From the NCBI GenBank assembly GCA_965205015.1, contig OZ242029.1, positions 3,456,001-3,520,000 of the forward strand: 64,000 nt of DNA, given 5' to 3'. Of the stretch, positions 48,002-56,687 are shown piece after piece. The DNA comes from Candidatus Poribacteria bacterium. Its GTDB lineage: Bacteria; Poribacteria; WGA-4E; WGA-3G. The notes below the pieces were generated by a model. The model searched no databases and had not been told where the DNA came from. It saw nothing but the letters and a program-made list of their open reading frames with translations. The position numbers and the translations under genes are program-made. Positions within the stretch are counted from its first letter, which is position 1. Each line of letters begins with the position of its first letter.

Positions 48002-49090
48002 CTATTGAATCTCCGGCACTCTCACGGCTACCTCTTTACCCGCGGCGTGTGATCGGAAAATGCCGTCCATAATCACATTTGTAAGAAGGACACCCTCTGG
48101 TGGTATCGGCGACGGTGCGTCTGATTTGACGGCTTCACGGAATGCTATCATCTGTGCCGCCCAGTTATCTTCTTCTGGAAATCCTGAAAATTGGATCGTC
48201 GTCATCCCTTCCGGTGGGTTCGGTTCCGCTGTGAGTCCCTCCGATTCGACAAACCGTTTGAGATCACCGGCATACGCATTGGCGTAAATCACCGGTCCAC
48301 TCAACGAGAATCCGGCTTTCGTCCCAAGATGGAAGTTGCCACCGAGCGAATCCTGATGCACTGCCCAAGAAATTTTGAACACCATTACGCCGCCATTCTC
48401 AAACCGTACCCACGCCGCACCGAACTCTTCAACATCCATGATATCCCGAAATCTCGGATCTTGCTGCGAGATGTAATCCTCGGTGATTGCCGAAACCCGC
48501 ACGGGTTTCGGATATCCCATCGCATACAGTGAAGCGTGCATATTATAGACGCCGATATCGACGGTGGCACCCGCGCCCGCCGTCTTTTTGTAGATGAACG
48601 TATGCCCTGGATTCCCGCGTCGCCTGCACCCCGCAGATTCAGAGTAGTAGATATCGCCGAATAATCCCGCATCGAACGCCTTTCTTAGGAATTGGAGCCT
48701 CGGACTAAACGTCGGATTCAGACCGATTTGTAGGATTTTACCGGAGGCTTTTGCTGCGCGGACCATGGCGGTGGCATCAGGAAGTGTCGCCGCCATCGGT
48801 TTTTCGCAGAGGACGTGTTTACCGGCGTTCAATGCCGCGACCGTCGGCCGCCGATGCCCCTGATTGTAAGTGCAGACGCTCACCGCATCGAGGTCGTCCA
48901 TTTCGAGCATCTTGTTGTAACTTGAAAACGCGTTCTTTTTCGGGACACCCCACTCTTCAGCGGCTTGGTTCGCTTTACTCTTGATGATGTCGCAGACCGC
49001 GACGATTTCGAAACCACCGACTTTCTCGTACGTGCTCTGATGTGCACGTGAAATGCCACCTGTGCCAATAATACCGACTCGGACAGTCAT
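48002..49090 (-). CDS. Gfo/Idh/MocA oxidoreductase, copy 2
   Basis: GIIGTGGI, GKHVLCEKP, DIGVY. Confidence 0.93.
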   Translation of the reverse strand: MTVRVGIIGTGGISRAHQSTYEKVGGFEIVAVCDIIKSKANQAAEEWGVPKKNAFSSYNKMLEMDDLDAVSVCTYNQGHRRPTVAALNAGKHVLCEKPMAATLPDATAMVRAAKASGKILQIGLNPTFSPRLQFLRKAFDAGLFGDIYYSESAGCRRRGNPGHTFIYKKTAGAGATVDIGVYNMHASLYAMGYPKPVRVSAITEDYISQQDPRFRDIMDVEEFGAAWVRFENGGVMVFKISWAVHQDSLGGNFHLGTKAGFSLSGPVIYANAYAGDLKRFVESEGLTAEPNPPEGMTTIQFSGFPEEDNWAAQMIAFREAVKSDAPSPIPPEGVLLTNVIMDGIFRSHAAGKEVAVRVPEIQ

Positions 49091-49112
49091 ACGCTTATCT
49101 CCTTGCGCTTTG

Positions 49113-50198
49113 TTAAATTTTTGGTACTCTCACAGCAACCTCTTTACCCGATTCATGTGAACGGAAGATACCGTCCATGATCACATTTGTGAGCAGAACA
49201 CCCTCGGGTGGTATCGGAGAAGGCGCATCCGCTAAGACGGCTTCTCGGAACGCTGTCATCTGTGCCGTCCAGACATCGACCTCTGGGAATCCTGAGAAAC
49301 GGATTGTCGTCATTCCTTCTGGTGGGTCCGGCTCTGCTATCAATCCTTCCGATTTCACCAGTTTCTTGAGATCATCTGTATACGCATCGGCATAGACAGC
49401 GGGTCCATCCAACGAGATACCCATTTCTTTACCGAGGCAGAAGCTGGGACCGAGTGAATCCTGATGGATCGCCCAAGAGATTTTGAACACCATCACGCTC
49501 CCATCTTCAAACCGCACCCACGCGACGCCGAACTCTTCGACATCCATGATACCGCGGAATTGCGGATCTTGCTGCGAGATGTAGTCCTCCGTGATAGCGG
49601 AGACCCGCACGGGTTTCGGATATCCCATCGCATACAACGAGTTATGTAGATTGTAGACACCGATGTCCACGATCGCCCCTGCCCCGGCTGTCTTTTTATA
49701 GATGAACGTACGTCCTGGATTCCCGCGGCGTCTGCCCCCTGAGGACTCCGAATAGTAAATATCGCCCAGGAATCCTTCGTCGATGACCTTTTTCGCGAAT
49801 TGGAGTCTCGGATTAAACGTGCTGTGGAGACCGATCTGCAAGATTTTGCCCGACGCTTTCGCTGCGCGGACCATGGCGGTGGCATCTGGGAGGGTTGCCG
49901 CCATCGGTTTCTCGCAGAAGACGTGTTTGCCGGCGTTCAGTGCTGCAACCGTTGGACGCCGATGTCCTTGGTTGTAGGTACAGACACTTACGGTGTCGAT
50001 TTCGTCCATCTCAAGCATTTTGTTGTAGCTGGTAAAGACGTTCTTTTTCGGGACACCCCACTGTTCAGCGGCTTCATTTGCCTTACTTTTGATGATATCG
50101 CAGACTGCGACGATCTCGAAACCGCCTACCCTCGCGTAAGCCCGCTGATGCGCACGTGAAATACCGCCCGTGCCAACAATACCGACTCGGATAGTCAT
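49113..50198 (-). CDS. Gfo/Idh/MocA oxidoreductase, copy 1
   Basis: Close paralog of 48002-49090. Start at MTIRVG with SD GAGGAG. Confidence 0.93.
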   Translation of the reverse strand: MTIRVGIVGTGGISRAHQRAYARVGGFEIVAVCDIIKSKANEAAEQWGVPKKNVFTSYNKMLEMDEIDTVSVCTYNQGHRRPTVAALNAGKHVFCEKPMAATLPDATAMVRAAKASGKILQIGLHSTFNPRLQFAKKVIDEGFLGDIYYSESSGGRRRGNPGRTFIYKKTAGAGAIVDIGVYNLHNSLYAMGYPKPVRVSAITEDYISQQDPQFRGIMDVEEFGVAWVRFEDGSVMVFKISWAIHQDSLGPSFCLGKEMGISLDGPAVYADAYTDDLKKLVKSEGLIAEPDPPEGMTTIRFSGFPEVDVWTAQMTAFREAVLADAPSPIPPEGVLLTNVIMDGIFRSHESGKEVAVRVPKI

Positions 50199-50367
50199 AT
50201 GCTGATTTCTCCTCATAAGCAGGATTGAATTGCTAAATGAGTTTAGACGAAATCGGTTTGCAATGCAAGGGAAAAATGTGATATGCTTCAAGGGACATAT
50301 TCTATAGCGATAGCACTTTTTCGTCAATATGATTCCGCTCGTAAAATCAACGAAACACGAGTGAAAC

Positions 50368-50496
50368 CCAACATATTATCTATAGTGTTTGAGTTGTTGG
50401 GTTTCGCTATGTTCATCTACACAAACGGCGTATCGAAAAACAGCATTTTCCTATAAACGAGATGGATCTTGGTATTCACCGCTCAACCCAACCTAC
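50368..50496. repeat. GTAG-REP family element, interrupted
   Basis: gaaacccaaca...tgttgggtttc hairpin and terminal gctcaacccaacctac (GTAGGTTGGGTTGAGC on the minus strand). Confidence 0.55.
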
Positions 50497-50534
50497 GACT
50501 ATCCGCGCATTTTTAGTATTGAACTCACGTCTTT

Positions 50535-52412
50535 TCAGACATCCTCAAGATGGTAGTGTTTCGCCTGTGTGGTAAAAAGTTTTGCGTACGTGCCGCCTCG
50601 CGCAAGCAATTCCGCATGACTCCCTTGCTCAATGCACGCGCCATCCTCAAGCACAATAATCCGATCCGCCATTCGGACGGTTGAAAAGCGATGCGAGATA
50701 AGAACACCCGTTTTGCGCTCTGTTAAACGAGCAAACCGCTCAAAAAGTTCATACTCAGACAACGGATCCAGCGCGGCTGTCGGCTCATCGAGGATAAGTA
50801 TCTCGGCATCGCGGAAGAACGCACGCGCCAACCCCAGTTTCTGCCATTCCCCACCTGATAGGTCAACGCCCTCCTCTAAGGTCCGACCCAGCACGGTATC
50901 AAATTTTTTAGGAAGCCTCTGGATAAGAGACATTGCGCCGCTATCCTCCGCTGCCTTTTCCAAGCGCACTGTATCATCGGAATGCGCTACTTCGCCAAAG
51001 GTAATATTATCTCGGGTTGTTAGTTGGTATTGTAGAAAATCCTGAAACATGATGCTCATTTGTTGTCGGAGCTGAACCAAATCATACGCAACCAAGCTGT
51101 GTCCATCCAGCAGAATCTCGCCCTCTGTTGGATCATAAAACCGGGTGAGGAGCTTAACGAGCGTTGTTTTACCTGCGCCGTTTCTGCCAACGATAGCCAC
51201 CGTTTCTTCAGGATGAATGCTAAAACTGACATTTCGCAAGGCATATCGATCTTGTCCCGGATACTTAAAGGAAACATTCCTAAATTCAATATCTTTTTTA
51301 ATGGATTTAGCGGATAGTGTCCGGAGGGGTTCTTCTGAACGCTTTAATGCGCCAGCCACATTTTCGGGCTGAAGGTCAAGAAAAGCAGACAGGTTTGTAA
51401 TAAAAAGAGAGTTTTCATAACCTTGCACAGCAGTCTGCGATATATCACTGAACTTTTGTTGACAACTACTTACGGCTTGGAAAAAGAGCGTGATGTCCCC
51501 AATAGTGATGTGTCCATAGAGTGCCCTGATGATAATATAAGCCCACACGCCTACACCCACGACATTTGAGAAAGTTGAAAGCAGCCACTCAGTCCGTGTC
51601 CCAGAGAATCTAATCTTTTCATACGCCCTAATCTGTTCCTCACTGTATTGCGCGTATCGGTCGTATAGAGGGTCAAAGAGTGCGAAGATTCGGACCTCCT
51701 TTATGCTCTCCCGTGAGGTCATCAGATCCTGAAGGTACTGCATAACACGCCGCATCGTTGTATAAGTCATATCCATGAGAAAGCGTCGTTTCACATGCCA
51801 TCTCATGAAGACTAACCGCACAACCGGAACAATCCCAATCGCTACTGCAGCAAGGACATGTAGTTGAGTAAGGATGACGATCATAGCGATCAAAGTCAGC
51901 GCGTCCCGAATGATATCCACGAGCAACCACACAAAATTAGCCGGTCGCCACGTGGCATCCTGACGTGCGTTCGTGAGCATATTGTAGAACTTAGGATCCT
52001 CAAAAAACGCGTAATCCAGAGTGGTTGTCTTTTTAAGTATGAGTTGCTGGATGTAATATTCGACACGTCTTCCCACAAACTCGCGGGACATGGCTAACAG
52101 GGCTTGAAGTGCAGCGCTGGTAGCCATTAGCCCTAAATAGAACCCCAAAAGCCATATAATTCGACTCAGGTCAACTGCATCGCCAGCCTGATTCACTGCA
52201 ATCCCCGCGACAACACGGTCAATGATGATCTTCAGTAGCCAAGCTTGAACCGGCGGAACAAGACCTCCAAGAATGGATGTTATTAAACACCCAAGGAACG
52301 CATACGGACTTGCCTGCCAGACCAGGGCAGTGATACGCGGGTAGAGGGATATTAGCGCGCGAAAGTTGTGAAGCGATTCCTTAAAGGAACCCGTCTTTTC
52401 CTTATTCGCCAT
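50535..52412 (-). CDS. ABC exporter, fused permease/ATPase (peptide/multidrug type)
   Basis: N-terminal TMD, GRNGAGKTT, LSGGEWQKLGLARAF, DEPTAALDP, ISHRFS. Confidence 0.93.
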   Translation of the reverse strand: MANKEKTGSFKESLHNFRALISLYPRITALVWQASPYAFLGCLITSILGGLVPPVQAWLLKIIIDRVVAGIAVNQAGDAVDLSRIIWLLGFYLGLMATSAALQALLAMSREFVGRRVEYYIQQLILKKTTTLDYAFFEDPKFYNMLTNARQDATWRPANFVWLLVDIIRDALTLIAMIVILTQLHVLAAVAIGIVPVVRLVFMRWHVKRRFLMDMTYTTMRRVMQYLQDLMTSRESIKEVRIFALFDPLYDRYAQYSEEQIRAYEKIRFSGTRTEWLLSTFSNVVGVGVWAYIIIRALYGHITIGDITLFFQAVSSCQQKFSDISQTAVQGYENSLFITNLSAFLDLQPENVAGALKRSEEPLRTLSAKSIKKDIEFRNVSFKYPGQDRYALRNVSFSIHPEETVAIVGRNGAGKTTLVKLLTRFYDPTEGEILLDGHSLVAYDLVQLRQQMSIMFQDFLQYQLTTRDNITFGEVAHSDDTVRLEKAAEDSGAMSLIQRLPKKFDTVLGRTLEEGVDLSGGEWQKLGLARAFFRDAEILILDEPTAALDPLSEYELFERFARLTERKTGVLISHRFSTVRMADRIIVLEDGACIEQGSHAELLARGGTYAKLFTTQAKHYHLEDV

Positions 52413-52489
52413 TATATTAAGTCCTTCATCATTTACCAAGCCGTAGGTTTTACCAAATCCTCATTCGTTGGAACGTCAGGGATGTGCTA

Positions 52490-52915
52490 TTACTTGCGAG
52501 TCTGCGCATCGAGTTCTTCTGATGTCGGTATTTTCTGCTTGGCAGCATCTTCAAACATTGACCGAAGACTCGCCAGGGATGTCGCAATGGATTCCAGTGC
52601 CTCTACTTCGCGGATCCGAAGTTCCGCTTCCTCTGAGACAGATAGCTCAACTTGGTTTGGATCACGCTCCTCGTCTCGTTCAACCGCGTTTGACTTAGTC
52701 TTTCTTGGTGCGGGAGTATCGACGGGAAAGGTACTGAGGTATCTGGACTGCAATTGTATTTTGAGCGTCTTCTGTAACTCAATAATCTCTGGATCGTTTA
52801 GAGCCTTCTGAACCACACTGCGGTGTATACCGGTCACCTCTGCTATCTGGTTCACAGAGGGTTGCCTTAGTGACTCCTGTGCGATGCGCAGTTTTTCCTC
52901 GTAAGAAATCAACAT
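52490..52915 (-). CDS. Small HTH-containing protein
   Basis: N-terminal PSVNQIAEVTGIHRSVVQKAL is HTH-like. SD GGAGG. Confidence 0.6.
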   Translation of the reverse strand: MLISYEEKLRIAQESLRQPSVNQIAEVTGIHRSVVQKALNDPEIIELQKTLKIQLQSRYLSTFPVDTPAPRKTKSNAVERDEERDPNQVELSVSEEAELRIREVEALESIATSLASLRSMFEDAAKQKIPTSEELDAQTRK

Positions 52916-52964
52916 TTTTCATTTCCTCCATGGCATTTTACGCCATATTTTTTTATATTATGTA

Positions 52965-52993
52965 ATTATATCTCATAAAATATCAAATGTCAA
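52965..52993 (-). promoter_or_regulatory. Consensus sigma70 promoter for the HTH/ABC exporter genes
   Basis: Minus strand TTGACA-N17-TATAAT. Downstream IR ATGGC-N7-GCCAT (52930-52946). Upstream direct repeats TTTTAGTCATATT with a 20-bp period. Confidence 0.75.
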
Positions 52994-53318
52994 TAAAAAA
53001 GTTTAATTTTAGTCATATTTTGCTGTTTTTAGTCATATTACTTCATTTTTAGGTGTAAAATACTGAATATCGTTCCACTTGGATCGGAGTATAAGGTTTT
53101 TGGCATTAAGTACCACACGGTGTCTTATGTACTTGTAGGAGGGGTTTGTAACCCCGGTGTCTTAGTCCGATAGGATTTATTTGCTTGGGTATTTCTTCAA
53201 CATATTTGTGAGGGCATGGATTTCCTTTCTCTTTGATTTTCCTATACAGGCGATATGTTTATAGCGGTATGTAAAGTTTTTTCAAAATGAATTTGAATTT
53301 GTAAGATCGGTTTTTTAT

Positions 53319-53347
53319 TTGACAAGTTTCTGAAAAAAGTGTACAAT
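53319..53347 (+). promoter_or_regulatory. Strong sigma70 promoter
   Basis: TTGACA-N17-TACAAT, about 500 bp before the next clear CDS. Confidence 0.75.
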
Positions 53348-53353
53348 AAATAT

Positions 53354-53736
53354 CATGTGAGTTCGATGAAACATCTCATCTGAAACCCAAACGCGATGGG
53401 TGCCATTAATGCCCTCGCTGCGAAGCTCACTATCGCAATATCTTCTCTAAGGGGTATAGACCGTGAACCGTAAGTGTCAAGATGTGAATATTCTTAACAC
53501 GCCAATAAAACCTGTGCAGCATTGCTGTCTCTGGACGACAGTGCAGGGTGTTTTGGTACGCTGTGTGGCTGCTGTGTCAGGCACTATGCGTGGTAAACGA
53601 CAGCTCTCTACCCCCCCCTTTATACAAATTAAGCATAATACGCCACAAGGTATTTTACACAGCTGCATCGGTGTTTACGGCTGCTGCTGTTTTTTTGCGC
53701 CTGCGCGTGCATTGCACGTTGCGGGCTGTTTTTGTT
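53354..53736 (+). ncRNA. Candidate structured ncRNA or long leader of unknown class
   Basis: Lies between a promoter and a terminator-like hairpin. Several helices found by eye. No known riboswitch or housekeeping-RNA motif recognised. Confidence 0.45.
53699..53736 (+). terminator. Intrinsic terminator-like hairpin
   Basis: GCCTGCGCGTGC-ATT-GCACGTTGCGGGC followed by TGTTTTTGTT. Confidence 0.55.
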
Positions 53737-53850
53737 AGCACATAAATGTAAGTTGTTGAACATTGTTCACAGTGTTCCAATTTCACCCGTGAGGTTTGAC
53801 ACGACAAGCCTCTTAAACCACGATCTAACCGAATAGGAGGATCTTTTTAA

Positions 53851-54684
53851 ATGAAATTGTTTATGATTGTTGCTGGCGTGCTATGTGCCGCGACTCTCGT
53901 TCTCTTAGCACCTACAGCTGACGCTGCTAAAAAAATCGATGTCTTCATCTACACAGACACCGTCCAATGGATCGGTCAAGGCGCAGCGAAGGAACAAGCC
54001 GAGATATTGGCGAAAAAAATTGACGGACAACAAGGATTCGGTGAAGTCATTCTCCACGGTCCGGCAAAACAGGTCGAAGCGTGGACGAAAAAGCACACTG
54101 TTGATAAGGGAAACCATATCATTGTCATGTTCGGTGATTTCCCAAAGGAAATTTATCCGAACGGTAAAGGCGACACAAAGAAAGGTTCTGTCGCTGAGGA
54201 ATACCTTGATGCTGGCAACTCCTACTCAAACAGTGCAGACTATTTCTTCTGGGGCCAAGGCGGTCGGAATGAAAAGGAAGGCCTCCAAAACATGATGGAT
54301 ATCCCCGGCATCGTTCAATGGGATGACGATACTCCCATGAAAGTTACAAAAGAGGGGGAAAAACTCACACCGACATTGGACGATTATGGGACCGATCGTC
54401 CGTTCCACCTTGATGAACTTGATGGCGATTGGGAACTCGAAATCGCATTCGCTACGGATACTGGAACCCAAAAAGCTGACCGCTGCGATCCCTGTATCGT
54501 CCGGAATACGAAAACGGATGCTCGGCTTATACAGGTTTACCAGACCAATAACGGGGGCGATCCCATGGGCGATGTCATCGCCGAAATCCTTCTCAACTAC
54601 TATGTTGAAGCCGTTGGCGCACTTGAAGTTGACCCTCAAGATAAACTTCCCGCATTGTGGGGAGACATTAAAAGAAGGAGATAA
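53851..54684 (+). CDS. Secreted protein of unknown function with C-terminal VDPQDKLPALWGDIK tail
   Basis: Sec signal peptide (..ADA), SD AGGAGG. Paralog of the next gene. Confidence 0.85.
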   Translation: MKLFMIVAGVLCAATLVLLAPTADAAKKIDVFIYTDTVQWIGQGAAKEQAEILAKKIDGQQGFGEVILHGPAKQVEAWTKKHTVDKGNHIIVMFGDFPKEIYPNGKGDTKKGSVAEEYLDAGNSYSNSADYFFWGQGGRNEKEGLQNMMDIPGIVQWDDDTPMKVTKEGEKLTPTLDDYGTDRPFHLDELDGDWELEIAFATDTGTQKADRCDPCIVRNTKTDARLIQVYQTNNGGDPMGDVIAEILLNYYVEAVGALEVDPQDKLPALWGDIKRRR

Positions 54685-54690
54685 CACTTA

Positions 54691-55494
54691 ATGAGAAACA
54701 TTTTTCTTTCACTCACCCTGATTGCGTTAATGGCACTCCCTTTAACGGCCGTATTGGCTGCGGGTGAAGTTGCTATCTATACCGGAATCACACAATGGAT
54801 TAGTAAGGCAGCGGCTGACGAGCAGGCAGAGATTTGTGCTGGGATGCTCGATGATGCCGGTATCGCGAATATATGGTATGATAGCGATGGCCAAGCGGGG
54901 GACTTAGCCGATTGGATGGAAAGTGTCACCGGCGACGACGGTCTGGATATCTGTGTCCTCTACGGTGATTTCCCACCTGAAATCTATCCCGAAGGCAATA
55001 CACAGACGGATGGCTCTATCGCTGAGACCTTCATTGAAACCACCGATGGCGATGTTTTCATCAACCACGCCGATTATATGTTCTGGGGTTTGTCTGGCAG
55101 AAACGAGGTCGGCGGACTACAGAATATGATGGATATCGGTGGTATCACCATGTGGGACGATGATACACCTATGGTCGTCACGCCTGAAGGCAAAGCCATT
55201 TCGCCGAGTTTAACCGACTATGCCTCCGACCGCCCATTCCACGTTGATGAGCTCGAAGGCAATTGGGAAGTCGAAGTTTCACTCGCACAAAACGACGACG
55301 GCACCCGTGCCGATCCGATTATTGTTCGAGATGGGAATCTCGGTAGGTTAATTCCAGTGATACAGACCAACGGTGGAGATGAGCCGAAAGGTGCAATCGC
55401 CGCTGAAATTATCACCTATCTGATGTCTATGGTACCCGTTGAACCTGCTGGTAAACTCTCCACAACGTGGGCAGATCTGAAAGCAGTTCGGTAG
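54691..55494 (+). CDS. Secreted paralog with C-terminal VEPAGKLSTTWADLK tail
   Basis: Signal peptide. Shares GDFP.EIYP, ADY.FWG..GRNE..GLQNMMDI, WDDDTPM and DRPFH.DEL with 53851-54684. Confidence 0.85.
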   Translation: MRNIFLSLTLIALMALPLTAVLAAGEVAIYTGITQWISKAAADEQAEICAGMLDDAGIANIWYDSDGQAGDLADWMESVTGDDGLDICVLYGDFPPEIYPEGNTQTDGSIAETFIETTDGDVFINHADYMFWGLSGRNEVGGLQNMMDIGGITMWDDDTPMVVTPEGKAISPSLTDYASDRPFHVDELEGNWEVEVSLAQNDDGTRADPIIVRDGNLGRLIPVIQTNGGDEPKGAIAAEIITYLMSMVPVEPAGKLSTTWADLKAVR

Positions 55495-55562
55495 GATGGA
55501 AGAAAAGACGGAAGTGTGGAAACTTCAATCTTCCACACTTTCAGTCTTTGTTAAAGTTAAAG

Positions 55563-56462
55563 ATGAGATTTAGTAAAATCAGAATTCCCCGCTGGCGAGG
55601 TTTCCTAACCTCGTCTTTTGTTCTCTTGATCCTCACGTTTTTAGCGTTCGCCTGTCGCGAAAGAGCGGATTCCCCGCTCGTTGGTCCCCTTCCCATTCAA
55701 ACGATCACAACCCCCAAAGATGAAGCCGTAATGGTCTATGTTCCCGCGGGTGAATTCTTGATGGGAACCAGCGACGCAGATATTGAATACTACAAACAAA
55801 TTTTTCCGCTCCGTAGAATCACCCGATTCGACAATGAGCGTCCCCAGCGCACCGTCTTTCTGGATGCCTTCTATATCGACAAGTACGAAGTAACAAACAA
55901 ACAATACAAGAAATTTCTTGCTGAAACCGGTTATATCCCTAAACATTATCTGGACTATGAACCTTATAATACACCTAATTTCCCTGCTGCTGTTTTGGAA
56001 TGGGAAGATGCGGTTGCCTACGCAAATTGGGCCGGTAAAAGACTGCCAACGGAGGCGGAGTGGGAAAAGGCAGCTCGTGGAACGGATGGACGTATCTGGC
56101 CCTGGGGAAATGAATGGGATGGAACGAAACTCAGCGGAAATGATGGCACAGGACGCAAAGATGGATATAAAGAGACGGCACCCGTTGGACAGTTTCCGCA
56201 GGGCGCGAGTCCTTACGGCGCACACGATATGGCGGGCAACCTCTGGGAGTGGGTGTCGGATTGGTATGATCCAGACTATTATCGGACCTCGCCCCCCACT
56301 GTCAATCCGAAGGGACCCGACACCGGCGATGGACATGTCCTAAAAGGCGGCGGTTGGGCAGAGAATTTAGATTTCACCCGATGCGCCAATCGTCTTGGCG
56401 GAAACCCTGGATCTCTATTGCGCGGGTTCCGATGTGTGATAGACGCGCCGCCGGGAGAGTAA
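55563..56462 (+). CDS. SUMF1/FGE-sulfatase domain protein, possible lipoprotein
   Basis: VPAGEFLMG, IDKYEVTN, KRLPTEAEWEKAARG, DMAGNLWEW, GFRC. Confidence 0.92.
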   Translation: MRFSKIRIPRWRGFLTSSFVLLILTFLAFACRERADSPLVGPLPIQTITTPKDEAVMVYVPAGEFLMGTSDADIEYYKQIFPLRRITRFDNERPQRTVFLDAFYIDKYEVTNKQYKKFLAETGYIPKHYLDYEPYNTPNFPAAVLEWEDAVAYANWAGKRLPTEAEWEKAARGTDGRIWPWGNEWDGTKLSGNDGTGRKDGYKETAPVGQFPQGASPYGAHDMAGNLWEWVSDWYDPDYYRTSPPTVNPKGPDTGDGHVLKGGGWAENLDFTRCANRLGGNPGSLLRGFRCVIDAPPGE

Positions 56463-56687
56463 GTAGTATTAGGTTCATCACCACCGAAAAAATCTGTAGG
56501 AGGGGGAAACACCCTATCAAAAACACTCCGATTTCCGACTCCTGCTGATTACTTCTGATTTCTCTGCCTCATAAAATTTCATAGCAAACTTCATAGCAAA
56601 CTTCCCGGGAGCCTGCAGCTGAAACCCCTCAAAACCTTGTTATAGTGTAGGGACACACCCCTTTTCTAAACCTATCACCTAATTTAC

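Noticed and set aside
53463-53738. Cys-rich 91-aa ORF as a RiPP precursor for the divergent ABC exporter
   Set aside because: No modification enzymes or leader motif. The Cys richness follows from TG/GC-rich hairpin sequence and the ORF runs through the terminator hairpins. Kept only as an alternative in the ncRNA finding.
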